Below are positions 1-10,135 of a stretch of DNA of 64,000 nucleotides, piece after piece; within the stretch, counting starts at the first letter, position 1; every line of letters starts with the position of its first letter. This DNA is from Candidatus Lustribacter sp. (GTDB lineage: Bacteria; Vulcanimicrobiota; Vulcanimicrobiia; Vulcanimicrobiales; Vulcanimicrobiaceae): assembly GCA_965277805.1 (NCBI GenBank), contig OZ255842.1, forward strand, positions 704,001-768,000. The letters run 5' to 3'. Both the position numbers and the translations under genes were made by a program. Under the pieces are notes generated by a model, which was not told the origin of the DNA, did not search any database, and worked only from the letters and a program-made list of their open reading frames with translations.

Positions 1-1
1 T

Positions 2-739
2 GCGGCCGTGCTCGCGCGGTTCTACCGCGAACACGACTGGACGCGTATCGCGCTGATTACGTCGACGGATGCGAGCGGATCCGATTTCGAGAAGCAGTTC
101 GATGCGGCGATGGCGCTGCCCGAAAACAAGTCGATGCGGTTGCTCGATCGCGAACACTTCAACGCGGCGGACCTCAGCGTCGCAGCGCAGATGGCGCGCA
201 TCAAGGCCTCAGGGGCGCAAGCGCTCGTCACGTTCGCTACCGGAACGCCGCTTGGAACGCTCTTGCATGGCGTGCACGACGCCGCGCTCGACATTCCCGT
301 CTCGGCTTCGGGTGGAAACATGATCTACGAGCAGATGGCGGGCTACAAAGGCTTCACGCCGCGTCAACTCTTTTTCGCTGCCACGCGCGGCGTGGCGCCG
401 GACCCTCTCTTGCGCCCGGGTCCAATCCAGGACGCGCAGAAAGTCTACTTCGCGGCGTTTAAGGCGGCCGGCATTCGACCCGATTTCGCCTCGAGTCTGG
501 TGTGGGATCCGGGCATGATCATCGTGAGCGCGTTGCGCGCGATCGGCCCCGATGCAACCGCGGCGCAGTTGCACGATTGGATTCAGAAGTTGCACAGTTG
601 GGCCGGCATCGACGGGATTTACGATTTCCGTGACGATTCACAGCGCGGAATCGGCCAAAACGCGATGATCGTCTATCGCTGGGACGACGCGAACCAGACG
701 TTCGCCGTCGCCAGTCACGCTGCGGGGCATCTCAAATGA
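2..739 (+). CDS. ABC transporter substrate-binding protein, LivJ/LivK type (5'-truncated by window edge)
   Basis: Open frame from the window start. Motifs STDASG, EHF..ADLSVAAQ and G..G.YDF...QRG are shared with paralogues at 8951, 11361, 16856 and 50962. Stop overlaps the next ATG. Confidence 0.85.
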   Translation, partial: AAVLARFYREHDWTRIALITSTDASGSDFEKQFDAAMALPENKSMRLLDREHFNAADLSVAAQMARIKASGAQALVTFATGTPLGTLLHGVHDAALDIPVSASGGNMIYEQMAGYKGFTPRQLFFAATRGVAPDPLLRPGPIQDAQKVYFAAFKAAGIRPDFASSLVWDPGMIIVSALRAIGPDATAAQLHDWIQKLHSWAGIDGIYDFRDDSQRGIGQNAMIVYRWDDANQTFAVASHAAGHLK

Positions 740-2082
740 GCCGCTACGACGAATGGGTCGACCCGGTGAAGGGAACGGTGAGCCGCGATGTTTTCGTCAG
801 CGATGAAGCACACCGTGACGAACTCGAGCATCTGTTCAGCCGGGCCTGGCTCTTCGTCGGTCACGAGTGTCAAATTCCGAAGCCGGGCGATTTTTTCCAA
901 TCGCGTATGGGCGAGGAATCGGTGCTGCTCTGCCGCGATCGCGCCGGCGCGATTCACGTCTTCCTCAATACGTGCCGTCATCGCGGGATGAAAGTTTGCC
1001 GCTACGACGAGGGCAACACGCCGGTGTTCACTTGCCCCTACCATGCGTGGAGCTATTCGCTCGACGGGAAACTCGTCGGCGTGCCGATGTCGAATCCGCT
1101 CTACGATGGCGTACTCGACCGTTCGCAATGGGGGCTGATCGAGGTCGCGCAACTGGCGAACTACAAGGGCGCCATCTTTGCGACCTGGGATCCGCGTGCG
1201 CCGTCATTTGAGACCTACCTCGGTGAAGCGCGCACGCAACTCGACATTCTGCTCGACTGCCGTGACGGCCGGCCCGGTGGTTCCGAGGTGATCGGTGGGA
1301 TTCAGAAGTGGGTCGTGCCGTCGAATTGGAAGTTCGGCACCGAGAACTTCATGGGCGACACGTATCACAACGTCAGCCATCGTTCCGTCGATCTCGTCGG
1401 CATCAGTCCGAACGCCCGGTCGGGCATCAAGGGCCGGCGGAGTGACGAGATCGCCGGAACGCAGCACGTGTGGTTTGCGTATCCCGAAGGGCATGGGATC
1501 CACTCGATGATTCTGCCCGAGGAGAATTGGTACGTCGAAGCGTTTCGCGACAGTCCCGTCGTCGAAGAGTACTTCCGGCACTGTTACGAAGAACGCAAGA
1601 AACGATTGGGCCCGGAGAAATCGCGCTGGGTTGGGCTCGTGGGTTCGATCTTCCCCAACACATCGTTCCACGCGCGCCAGCCGCGCGCGCTCTTCGTGTG
1701 GCATCCGCATGGGCCGCGCTCGATGGAAATTTGGCGCTTCTATCTGGTCGACGCGGACGCACCCGCGGAGGTCAAAGATTTCCTGCGCCACTACTACATG
1801 CGCTATTCAGGACCGGCCGGCATGACCGAACAGGACGACATGGAGAACTGGAACTACGCAACGGCTGCCAGCTCGGGTACCATCGCGCGCCGGTACGCAT
1901 ACAATTACCAGCAGTCGATGAACGCGACGCACGCCGGCGTCTTCGGAACCGCGCCGGAGTCGACGCAGATGACGGAGCAGAACTCGCGCAACTTCTACGC
2001 GCGCTGGGCCGACTACGTGAGTAATCGCAATTGGCCGGTTCTTCTCGGCAACGGCGGCGCGCCGGTCGTTCGGGGCGCCTGA
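736..2082 (+). CDS. Aromatic ring-hydroxylating dioxygenase alpha subunit (Rieske, HcaE/BphA-like)
   Basis: Rieske motif CRHRG...CPYHAW, mononuclear Fe motif NWKFGTENFMGDTYH....H, and EQDDMENW. A beta subunit lies downstream. Confidence 0.95.
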   Translation: MSRYDEWVDPVKGTVSRDVFVSDEAHRDELEHLFSRAWLFVGHECQIPKPGDFFQSRMGEESVLLCRDRAGAIHVFLNTCRHRGMKVCRYDEGNTPVFTCPYHAWSYSLDGKLVGVPMSNPLYDGVLDRSQWGLIEVAQLANYKGAIFATWDPRAPSFETYLGEARTQLDILLDCRDGRPGGSEVIGGIQKWVVPSNWKFGTENFMGDTYHNVSHRSVDLVGISPNARSGIKGRRSDEIAGTQHVWFAYPEGHGIHSMILPEENWYVEAFRDSPVVEEYFRHCYEERKKRLGPEKSRWVGLVGSIFPNTSFHARQPRALFVWHPHGPRSMEIWRFYLVDADAPAEVKDFLRHYYMRYSGPAGMTEQDDMENWNYATAASSGTIARRYAYNYQQSMNATHAGVFGTAPESTQMTEQNSRNFYARWADYVSNRNWPVLLGNGGAPVVRGA

Positions 2083-2083
2083 C

Positions 2084-2869
2084 ATGGCCGTGATCGTTAC
2101 CGGAGGCACGTGGGGCATCGGCCAAGCGATCTCGCTCGAGCTCGCCGCGCGAGGTCACGACGTCGTCGCCTTCGGCCTCGACGCGCCGCAAGTTTCGAGC
2201 ATTGCTCGCAATGGCACGAATGCGACCCGCGAGGCAGCGGCGGCGCGCGAGCTTCACGTCGACGCGCTCGACGCCGATGTCACCGATGCCGGCGCCGTCT
2301 CACGCGTCGTGGCCCACACGCTCGAACGGTACGGACACATCGACGCGCTCGTAAACAATGCCGCGATCGGACCCCTGGGAACGATTTTGGACACGAGCGA
2401 AGAGCTGTGGGATCGCATCATGGCGGTCAATCTGAAGGGTCCGTACCTCTGTTGCCGGGCCGTGCTGCCGCACATGATTGAACGCGGCGGCGGCCGCATC
2501 GTGAACATCGGCTCAGGTTCGGGCTGGGGCAAGCCCAACATGTTTGCCTATAGTGCGAGTAAGGGTGGAATATTCGCGTTCAGTGCCGCGCTGGCGTACG
2601 ATTACTTTCACCAGCATATTCGCGTCAACACGGTCGTTCCGGGTGGCGGCGGGATGCCGACCGGCATGAGCCTCGGCCGTGTCGGCGGGGATCCGGCGAA
2701 GCTCACGGGCCCGGGCACGGTGGCGGGACGTCCGGCCGACGGCGTTGACATCGCAAACGCCGTGGCCTTTCTGCTTTCGCCGGAAGCCGACACGATCTCG
2801 GGGACCGTCATCGATGTCGGCTGCTTTTCGCATCAGGGCGGTCCGATTCTCCAGGGAGCGCGCGCATGA
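2084..2869 (+). CDS. SDR family oxidoreductase (candidate dihydrodiol dehydrogenase)
   Basis: TGGTWGIG, NNAA and catalytic YSASK motifs. Lies between the dioxygenase alpha and beta genes. Confidence 0.9.
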   Translation: MAVIVTGGTWGIGQAISLELAARGHDVVAFGLDAPQVSSIARNGTNATREAAAARELHVDALDADVTDAGAVSRVVAHTLERYGHIDALVNNAAIGPLGTILDTSEELWDRIMAVNLKGPYLCCRAVLPHMIERGGGRIVNIGSGSGWGKPNMFAYSASKGGIFAFSAALAYDYFHQHIRVNTVVPGGGGMPTGMSLGRVGGDPAKLTGPGTVAGRPADGVDIANAVAFLLSPEADTISGTVIDVGCFSHQGGPILQGARA

Positions 2870-3390
2870 ACCGCTATGAACTTCGTTCGGACATCGAGAA
2901 CTTCTTATATACCGAAGCGGAACTGCTCGACGAACGCCGCTTTACGGAATGGCTCGATCTGCTCGCTGAGGACCTCACGTATTTCATGCCGATCCAACGC
3001 AACGTCAGGTTTGGCGACGACGAACGCCGGCAGACCCGCGCCGGCGTCGACATCAGTTGGGTCGACGAGGACAAGTGGACGCTTTCCAAACGCGTCGAGC
3101 AACTCATGACGGGACTGCACTGGGCTGAGGAACCGGCGTCTCGTGTTTCGCATTTAGTCACCAACGTGCAGGTTAAGGATGTCCAGCCGTCCCTCGATGC
3201 GCCGGAGCGCGCGCTCGTTGCGTCACGCTTTCTGATCTATCAAAACCGCGTCGACCACGAGACCGCATTGTTTGCCGGCAAGCGGCTCGATTCGTTGCGA
3301 CGCGTTGAGGGTGAATGGAAACTTGCGCGCCGCGAGATCACGCTCGACCAGAGCGTGCTGCTGGCGAAGAACCTGACGGTGTTCTTCTGA
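2866..3390 (+). CDS. Aromatic ring-hydroxylating dioxygenase beta subunit (HcaF-like)
   Basis: FLYTEAELLDERRF.EWL, WAEEP.SR..H and C-terminal LLAKNLTVFF. Confidence 0.95.
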   Translation: MNRYELRSDIENFLYTEAELLDERRFTEWLDLLAEDLTYFMPIQRNVRFGDDERRQTRAGVDISWVDEDKWTLSKRVEQLMTGLHWAEEPASRVSHLVTNVQVKDVQPSLDAPERALVASRFLIYQNRVDHETALFAGKRLDSLRRVEGEWKLARREITLDQSVLLAKNLTVFF

Positions 3391-3614
3391 TGTCGGATAA
3401 GATTCTGGCCGGCGGCGGCGACGACTACCTTGCGATTCGCGAGCTCAATCCCGGCGATCGCATCCACCTCAGAGGCAACATTCTCGCCGAAGTCGTCGAC
3501 AATCCGCGCGACGGCATGTGGATCATCGTACGTTATCTGGAGACGCCGGCCGGTCCGGTTACGGGGAGCGATCCTGAAATGGTCATGGCCGACGAGGTCA
3601 TCGCGCGCGCATGA
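3390..3614 (+). CDS. Small hypothetical protein (74 aa, beta-rich, no Cys)
   Basis: ATG overlaps the upstream stop (TGATG) and its stop overlaps the downstream ATG (ATGA). Exactly fills the operon gap. Confidence 0.75.
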   Translation: MSDKILAGGGDDYLAIRELNPGDRIHLRGNILAEVVDNPRDGMWIIVRYLETPAGPVTGSDPEMVMADEVIARA

Positions 3615-4561
3615 AACGTTCTGCATTTCTGGGAACGGCGGTGGGCGTTCTAGGCGCGCCGGGAGCGCTGGTGACAACGGCGCTGGCCGCTGCCGAAGCA
3701 CCGTTCGTCGTCGGGTCGTTGTCAAGCGCGATGGACGCGGCGATCTACTATCCGCTCCAGCAGGGCTGGTTCAAGGCGGCCGGACTCGACGTCACCGTCG
3801 AACCAATCACGGCGGGGCCTTCCGCGATGGCCGGTGTCGTCGGCGGCAGCATGCAGACCGCGGATGGGAACGTGTTATCGCTGGCCGTCGCACACAGCAA
3901 AGGGATCCCGGTCGTCCTCATCGCGCCCGGCGCGAGCTGGACCTCAGCGTCCGAGACGTCGGTTGGGATCGTCGCCGGACCGGCGGTGCAATCGCTCAAG
4001 GATCTCGTCGGCGGTACCATCGCGGTCCCGAGCCTTCAAGACCTGCTCACCGTCTCGACCAAAGGATTCCTCGACAAAAACGGCGTCGACTCTGCCTCCG
4101 TGCACTTCACCGAGATGCCCCCGGCGAGCATGCCCGCGGCACTGCAAGCGCAGCGCGTCACCGCGGTCGCCGTCTACGATCCGTTTCGCAGCCAGTCAAT
4201 TTCGCAGGGCGGACACATGATCGGTTCCCCCTACTCCTCGATCGCGCCGAGCTTCTTGGTGACCGCGTTCTTCGCGTACCGGCCGTGGGTCGACGCGCAC
4301 CGGCAGGCGACCGCCGCGTTCGGTTCGGTGTACGCGCGCGGCGCGGCGTACACGAACCTCCACCACGAGGAGTTGCTGCCGTTGGTTTCGAGCTTCTCGC
4401 ATGTGCCGCTCGAGGTGCTGCAGCGCGGGATCTATTCGCCGGTCCCCTCCAACGGGCTCGATCCCGCGATCATTCAGCCGGTGATCGATGCGGCTGCGAA
4501 ATACCACGTGATTCCGCGGTCGTTTCCGGCAAAGGAATTCATCTTCTCCGGCGGCGCCTAA
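3611..4561 (+). CDS. ABC substrate-binding protein, NitT/TauT (SsuA/THI5-like)
   Basis: Tat-like leader (KRSAFL), G.FKAAGLDV, and C-terminal IQPVIDAAAKY..I..SFPA family motif. Confidence 0.85.
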   Translation: MKRSAFLGTAVGVLGAPGALVTTALAAAEAPFVVGSLSSAMDAAIYYPLQQGWFKAAGLDVTVEPITAGPSAMAGVVGGSMQTADGNVLSLAVAHSKGIPVVLIAPGASWTSASETSVGIVAGPAVQSLKDLVGGTIAVPSLQDLLTVSTKGFLDKNGVDSASVHFTEMPPASMPAALQAQRVTAVAVYDPFRSQSISQGGHMIGSPYSSIAPSFLVTAFFAYRPWVDAHRQATAAFGSVYARGAAYTNLHHEELLPLVSSFSHVPLEVLQRGIYSPVPSNGLDPAIIQPVIDAAAKYHVIPRSFPAKEFIFSGGA

Positions 4562-4565
4562 GTCA

Positions 4566-5498
4566 TCAGACCGTAAACATCACCTCGTCGGCTCGCACGG
4601 GGCGGCTGATGAGACCGTGACGCATCGCAACCGCCAGCGGCGGGTCGATGAGCTTCGCGTCGAGCGACGTCGCGAATGTATTGCGTGCCATCACGTTCAC
4701 GATATCGATCGGGATCTTGGTGTAACGGCTTTCGATGGCCGCGCTCTCCGCACGCTGCGTGTTGGCCCAGCGGGCCACCTGATAGATCACGGGCAGCAGC
4801 CGGGCGGCGAGCGCTCTGTTCTTGGTGAGCCAATCGCGCGAAGCGACGAAGCCGTTGATGTAGAACAACGGCGCGATCGCGGTGTACGGAACACCGAGCA
4901 CGCGCTGGTCGGCCCTCGCTTCGGAGAGGAACGGCTCACCTTGCAGCGCAGCCGCGACGGTGCCGCGCTGGAGAGCGGCGTTCATCTCGGGAAGTCCCAG
5001 TTCGAAGAGCTTGACTTTGGCCGGGTCGGCGCCGTTCGCACGCAGCCATTCTTTGGTTCCGGCCGCACTGAGTGAGTTCAAGCTCGAAACGCCGACCGAG
5101 CCGCCTTCCAGGTCGCGCGCGCCGCGGTACGGGCTCGATTTCGCCGTTACGAGCACCAGCGTACCGGTACTGGACGTAAAGAGCGCGCCGCCCGCGAAGA
5201 ACGCGAGCGGGATTCCGTGAATGACGGCATTCGCAACCTGGAGTGCGTCAATGACGCCGACGTCGAGTGCGCCGCCCACGATCGCTTGCGTGATCAGACC
5301 GTTGTTGTTGAACGTCTGGATGTCGAACGCGATGCCGGCCGGCTGCAGCAGCCCGAGCTCTTGCGCGTACACGGGGAGCAAGCCCGAATCGTTCAGACCG
5401 ATTCCGATGCGTATCGTCGCGAGCGTTTGCGCTGAGGCTTGCGACGGCCGTGAAAGCGCGGTCGCAGCACCGGCCAGGAGGAGCGTCCGGCGATCCAT
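4566..5498 (-). CDS. ABC substrate-binding protein, NitT/TauT
   Basis: DRRTLL Tat leader with ASA cleavage site, WLRANGADP.KVK..E, paralogous to the other NitT/TauT SBPs. Confidence 0.85.
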   Translation of the reverse strand: MDRRTLLLAGAATALSRPSQASAQTLATIRIGIGLNDSGLLPVYAQELGLLQPAGIAFDIQTFNNNGLITQAIVGGALDVGVIDALQVANAVIHGIPLAFFAGGALFTSSTGTLVLVTAKSSPYRGARDLEGGSVGVSSLNSLSAAGTKEWLRANGADPAKVKLFELGLPEMNAALQRGTVAAALQGEPFLSEARADQRVLGVPYTAIAPLFYINGFVASRDWLTKNRALAARLLPVIYQVARWANTQRAESAAIESRYTKIPIDIVNVMARNTFATSLDAKLIDPPLAVAMRHGLISRPVRADEVMFTV

Positions 5499-6814
5499 TA
5501 GCGCCGTCCGGCCATGGCGAGGTTCGGCTTATTGCCGTCGAAATACGCTTTCCACCAGTCGCCCGAAAGATCGGCATCCGCCGGCGCTTCGACCGAAAGC
5601 GTGGCCAGCTCCGCCAGCGGATCGGGTTCGGAGGGGCGGTGCACCATCCGCGGATCCCGCCCGGCGGCCTTGGCAGCAATTGCTTCCAGCAGCTGCTTGC
5701 GCATCATGATCACGGCGCGATCCGTATAGCCTAAGTGCTCTCGCGATCGATCCATAATGACCCCTTGCGCTTCGGTCGCACACTTGTCGTGAATGTAAAA
5801 ACTCGGGCCCAGGCCGGCGAAGCTCTTGGCTTTCATGTCGGCCCGGTTTTGCTTGAAGCGATTCTCCCGATTGAGGGGTAGAAAGTAGTCCGCCGTCACC
5901 TCGCGGAAATTCGTCATCATGAACTCGGCGTCGACGTCCCCGTCGAAGCGGTGGCAGACGACGTACTTCCAGTGGTTCGCGTCGTCGATCGGCACGTGCC
6001 AGTTCATCTGATAGCCGCAGTTTTCCGAAATCGGGTCGGTCCGCGGATTCGTTAACGGGCTGCCATGGATCGCGCACGTGTTCGGCATGATAAAATTGCT
6101 GATTCGCACCCAGCGCCGGCCGGGCGCGTTCTCGCGCGCCGTTGTGATGCGCAGCCCGTAGGGCGTCTCGATGACCTGGATTTCCGGCTGCGGATCGCCG
6201 GCGAAGATCTCGTTGAGGCCCCCGGAGATGTTTCTGATTTGCTGCGTGCCCTCGGGAAAGAAGCGGTGGAGATACGAGAGATGCTGCGGGTCGATGTTCC
6301 CTTCACTCGCCTGCAGGTAGTTGCACTCTTGATGCACCTTCATCGTAAACGTCTGCGTCGACGGCGCGGACAAGAAATGGAATGCGGGCAGTTCGGGCGG
6401 CTCGCCGCTGCCCATATACGCAAGAATCAGGCCGCCGGCTTCGTGACAGGGATAGGCCACCGTCCGGACTTTGTCTTTGAAGGCCGATCCCGGCGGTTCG
6501 CCCGGCTGATGGATACAACGTCCTCGGCCGTCTACGAGCCAACCGTGATAGATGCAGCGCAGGCCGCCGTCTTCGACGCGCCCGTACGCGAGATCGACCG
6601 AGCGGTGAGGACACCGCCGGTCGATGAGCTGCGGCTTCCCCGCCTGGTCGCGAAACATCACCAGCTCTTCGCCGAGGATCTCGACGGGAAGCGGCTCGTC
6701 GGCGTTCAACTCGCGCGATAGCGCGGCCGGTTGCCAATACGACCGCATCATTTCACCGCCCGGCGTCCCGGGGCCGGTGCGCGTAAGCAACTCGTTGTCC
6801 GAAGTTTTCAGCAT
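5498..6814 (-). CDS. Rieske oxygenase, phthalate 4,5-dioxygenase-like alpha subunit
   Basis: Start re-picked at MLKTSDNELLTRTGPGTP. CPHR...CIYHGW, EGNIDPQHLSYLH and DRSREHLG..D. Confidence 0.92.
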   Translation of the reverse strand: MLKTSDNELLTRTGPGTPGGEMMRSYWQPAALSRELNADEPLPVEILGEELVMFRDQAGKPQLIDRRCPHRSVDLAYGRVEDGGLRCIYHGWLVDGRGRCIHQPGEPPGSAFKDKVRTVAYPCHEAGGLILAYMGSGEPPELPAFHFLSAPSTQTFTMKVHQECNYLQASEGNIDPQHLSYLHRFFPEGTQQIRNISGGLNEIFAGDPQPEIQVIETPYGLRITTARENAPGRRWVRISNFIMPNTCAIHGSPLTNPRTDPISENCGYQMNWHVPIDDANHWKYVVCHRFDGDVDAEFMMTNFREVTADYFLPLNRENRFKQNRADMKAKSFAGLGPSFYIHDKCATEAQGVIMDRSREHLGYTDRAVIMMRKQLLEAIAAKAAGRDPRMVHRPSEPDPLAELATLSVEAPADADLSGDWWKAYFDGNKPNLAMAGRR

Positions 6815-6920
6815 CGTAAATTTCCTGCAGTCCTCGAGTCGATATGATGACGTTGTCGCGCGCGGCTGGGATATCCTAGAACGCCCGGCGTAGATCGATC
6901 CGACCGTGTGAAGGAGAAGC

Positions 6921-7892
6921 ATGAACGAGCGGACGTTTCCCCGTTTGCGCCGGGCCCTTTTCTTGAGCAGTTGCGCGGCGTTCGCAGCCGCGCCGCGCCC
7001 GGCGCGAGCGCAATCCTTGACGAAGCTCAGCATCGGGTCCACCGCGTCGGGCGACGTCGTCGTGGCCTTGTGGGCCCAGCAGAGCGGGATCTTCCAGAAG
7101 TACGGCCTCGACGCCGACATCCAGCGCCTCAACAGCAGCTCGGCCGTCGTCGCCGCAGTGCTCGGCGGCTCGCTGGGCCTTGGCCGGGCGAGCCTGTTCT
7201 CGCTCGTGGTGGCGCGTGGGAAAGGCCTGCCGATCGCGCTCGAAGCTCCGTCGGCGTTGTACCGGGTGACGTCGCCCGACGCTGCGCTGGTCGTAGCGGC
7301 CGACTCGCCGATCCGCAACGCGCGCGATTTGAACGGCAAGCTGCTCGCGTCGGCATCGCTCGGCGATCTGTTCACGACCATGAACTCGGCCTGGATCGAT
7401 GCCAACGGCGGCGATTCGCACAGCGTCAAATATGTCGAGCTGCCCGGTTCGGCGACGGCCAATGCGATCGTCGCCGGCCGCGTCGATGCGGCGATGCTCG
7501 CCGATCCGGCGCTCAGCGAAGCCGTGCGCAGCGGCAAGTGCCGCGTCCTCGGCCATCCCGAAGACGTGCTCGGTAAGGTCTCGATGGCAACGGCATATTT
7601 CTGTTCGGCTGACTTTGCCGCAAAGGACCCCGCCTTGATGGCGCGCATCCGCAAAGCCCTGGATGAGTCAGCGGCCTATGCGATCGCCCACCCGGCCGAG
7701 ATGATCCCGGTCATCGCCAAATTCAGCGGCGTCGATCCGAAACTCGTCGTACCGGCGCAGCTCGGACGAGCGTCTGACCTGGTGGATGCGCGTTTGACGC
7801 AACCGACGATCGACGTGTGCGCGAAGTACAATACGATCCCGAAAGGTTTCCCGGTGCGCGAGATGATCGACCCGAGCGTGTTCGGGCCGTAG
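6921..7892 (+). CDS. ABC substrate-binding protein, NitT/TauT
   Basis: AAGGAG RBS, Tat-like leader RRALFL...ARA, WIDANGGDS and GRVDAA. Confidence 0.87.
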   Translation: MNERTFPRLRRALFLSSCAAFAAAPRPARAQSLTKLSIGSTASGDVVVALWAQQSGIFQKYGLDADIQRLNSSSAVVAAVLGGSLGLGRASLFSLVVARGKGLPIALEAPSALYRVTSPDAALVVAADSPIRNARDLNGKLLASASLGDLFTTMNSAWIDANGGDSHSVKYVELPGSATANAIVAGRVDAAMLADPALSEAVRSGKCRVLGHPEDVLGKVSMATAYFCSADFAAKDPALMARIRKALDESAAYAIAHPAEMIPVIAKFSGVDPKLVVPAQLGRASDLVDARLTQPTIDVCAKYNTIPKGFPVREMIDPSVFGP

Positions 7893-7897
7893 ACCCT

Positions 7898-8944
7898 CTA
7901 CGAAAACTCAGGCGCGATCTGCTCTGCGAACCGGTGCATCTGCTCTTTGACCATCCCGTCCGGTTTGCAGCCGTAGTTGAAGTAGAGAATCACTTCGCCG
8001 ATGCCGCTCGCTTCGACGCGCTTGAGGTCCTCGGTAATCGAGTCGGCAGAGCCGATCAAAATCGACTTGGCATTCAAACCTTCCGGCGTCGCTTTCTTTA
8101 GGCGGTCAACCATGTCGATAAAATACCGCAAACTCGGCGGTACGGTCGCCGGGTCGCTCGGCAGCGACGGCAAGACCGCCGTAAAATAGTCGATCATCGC
8201 TTTCCGGCCGTACGCCTCTTCGGCGGCGTTGTCGGCGATGTGAATGAAATAGCTGCAACTCGTGCGCTGCGGCGCTCGATCGTACTTCGCGCACTCCTCG
8301 CGGTAGCGTTCGATCGCGCCGGCCAAGCTGCCGTAGACCATCGCAGCTGCGAAAGGCGCATAGATGATGTTCCAATCCTTACGCGCCGCCATTTGCATCG
8401 ATGGTGGCGAGAAGCTTGCGATGAAGGGCCGCATCGGCTGCTGCATCGGTTTTGGACGAACATCCAAGTTATCGAAGCTATAGTAGCGGCCGTGATGCGA
8501 AATCGGCCCGGTTTCCGTCCAGGCCCGCCACAACACGTCCATGCCCTCTTCAAAGATGTCCGCCGAATCGCCAAAAGATATACCGAACGGAACGTACTCC
8601 TTCTGGTCGTAACCGCGACCGGCCGCGAAATCGACCCGGCCCCCCGAAAGGAGGTCGAGCGTCGCCCATTCTTCGGCGACGTCGAGCGGATGATGGACGG
8701 GCAGCAATACGACTGCCGGAGCAAGGCGAATGCGCTTCGTCGCACCGGCCAATTGCGCGAGGATCATGTGCGGCGCCGCATTCACGCCCAGCAGGTTGAA
8801 GTGATGCTCGCCGATCCACGCCGAATGGTAACCCAGATCTTCGGCTAGGAGCGCCTGATCGTAGATCTCACGGATGAACGCTTCAGGTGTCCGCGCGTTG
8901 TTCGGATACCGGTTGTCGCTCAGCGTGAAGTAGCCGAAATTCAT
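7898..8944 (-). CDS. LLM-class (luciferase-like) flavin-dependent monooxygenase
   Basis: AWIGEHHF, TKRIRL and EEWATLDLLSGGRVDF..GRGY. Confidence 0.92.
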   Translation of the reverse strand: MNFGYFTLSDNRYPNNARTPEAFIREIYDQALLAEDLGYHSAWIGEHHFNLLGVNAAPHMILAQLAGATKRIRLAPAVVLLPVHHPLDVAEEWATLDLLSGGRVDFAAGRGYDQKEYVPFGISFGDSADIFEEGMDVLWRAWTETGPISHHGRYYSFDNLDVRPKPMQQPMRPFIASFSPPSMQMAARKDWNIIYAPFAAAMVYGSLAGAIERYREECAKYDRAPQRTSCSYFIHIADNAAEEAYGRKAMIDYFTAVLPSLPSDPATVPPSLRYFIDMVDRLKKATPEGLNAKSILIGSADSITEDLKRVEASGIGEVILYFNYGCKPDGMVKEQMHRFAEQIAPEFS

Positions 8945-8950
8945 TCGGTT

Positions 8951-10135
8951 CTAGCGGCGCTCCGCTGCAATCGGGATCGCTCCGGGCCGGCTAACCGGGA
9001 TGCCGCTGCCGTGGGCGGGATCCCATCGCACGATGACTTGAGACTCCGCGGTCAATCCATGCTGATCGCCCGAGCTGAAATCGTAGCGTCCGTTGATTCC
9101 GACGAAGTTGCGGATGGCCAACAGGTAGTCGCGCACTTGGCTAGCGGATGCGTTCGGGCCGAGCTTGCGCAACGCGGCGATCGCCATCATCCCGGGATCC
9201 CAAACGTAAGGTGCGGCGCCGGGCGACGGGGTGATACCGGCCGCCCGGAAGAGGTCGAGGAACAACTTGATTGCCGCTTTGTGCGGCGGTGATTCGATCA
9301 GGTCCGGGACCAGAAACGGATAGCCCGGTAAGAACAGGTCATGCGGCATGAACGACGTGTACTGTGCCAACTGCACGGGGCTGTAATTGCCCCCGGTCGT
9401 CATCACCGGCAGCGTCACGTTCGCATCGTTGAGCGAACGCAGCACGGTGCCGAACGGCGTGCCCACGCACCACACGACGACGACGTCCGCATCGGAGTTC
9501 TTGATCTTCGCCGCCTGTGCCGCGATGCTCACGTCGGTCGGCGCAAAGTGCTCGCGGTCCACCACCCGGACTGCGCTGTTTTCCGGCTGGGCGATTGCGG
9601 CGTCGGCAGCCTTCTCGTTGACCGCACCGGAGGCGTCGTTCGAGACGACGAACGCAAAGCGCCGGAAGCCGCGCAGGCGCAAGTATTTGAGCATCGATCC
9701 GTCGGCGACGACAGCCGGCATGCTCGCGGCGAACACGTAAGAGTTCGCTGGCGGTGCGATCGGCGGGGAGAGGCAGTACTCGACCGGTCCGTGGTCGAGC
9801 GCGATTGCGGCAACGGCCTGGCAGGGTCCCGTGACGGCCGGTCCCAGCATCAGCGGTGCGTTCGTCGCTGCGATCTGATTGGCCAGCTGCACGGCAACCT
9901 GCGGGCTCGAGGTATCGTCGTGAAAAACGAACTGCAGCGGCCGCCCGCCGATGCCGCCGGTCTTATTCGTATAAGCTTCGAGCACGTGCAGCGCGTCGAC
10001 CTGATCCTTGCCGGTGAAGCTCGTGCTCCCGGTGAGCGAGAGGATCACGTCGATCTTCACCGGCGCGGGCTGCGCGGAGCCCGGAGCAACGAGTGCCGCC
10101 GCGATGAGCAGCACCGCAATAGTCCGCGCGATCAT
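8951..10135 (-). CDS. ABC substrate-binding protein, LivJ/LivK type
   Basis: Start MIARTIAVLL overlaps the upstream stop. Signal peptide, ILSLTG, GGIGGRPL, DD.SSPQVAVQL. Confidence 0.88.
   Translation of the reverse strand: MIARTIAVLLIAAALVAPGSAQPAPVKIDVILSLTGSTSFTGKDQVDALHVLEAYTNKTGGIGGRPLQFVFHDDTSSPQVAVQLANQIAATNAPLMLGPAVTGPCQAVAAIALDHGPVEYCLSPPIAPPANSYVFAASMPAVVADGSMLKYLRLRGFRRFAFVVSNDASGAVNEKAADAAIAQPENSAVRVVDREHFAPTDVSIAAQAAKIKNSDADVVVVWCVGTPFGTVLRSLNDANVTLPVMTTGGNYSPVQLAQYTSFMPHDLFLPGYPFLVPDLIESPPHKAAIKLFLDLFRAAGITPSPGAAPYVWDPGMMAIAALRKLGPNASASQVRDYLLAIRNFVGINGRYDFSSGDQHGLTAESQVIVRWDPAHGSGIPVSRPGAIPIAAERR

Noticed and set aside
6815-7654. N-terminal extension of the 718-aa ORF 5498..7654
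   Set aside because: It is the antisense shadow of SBP 6921-7892. The Rieske domain begins at ATG 6814, so this is not a fusion.
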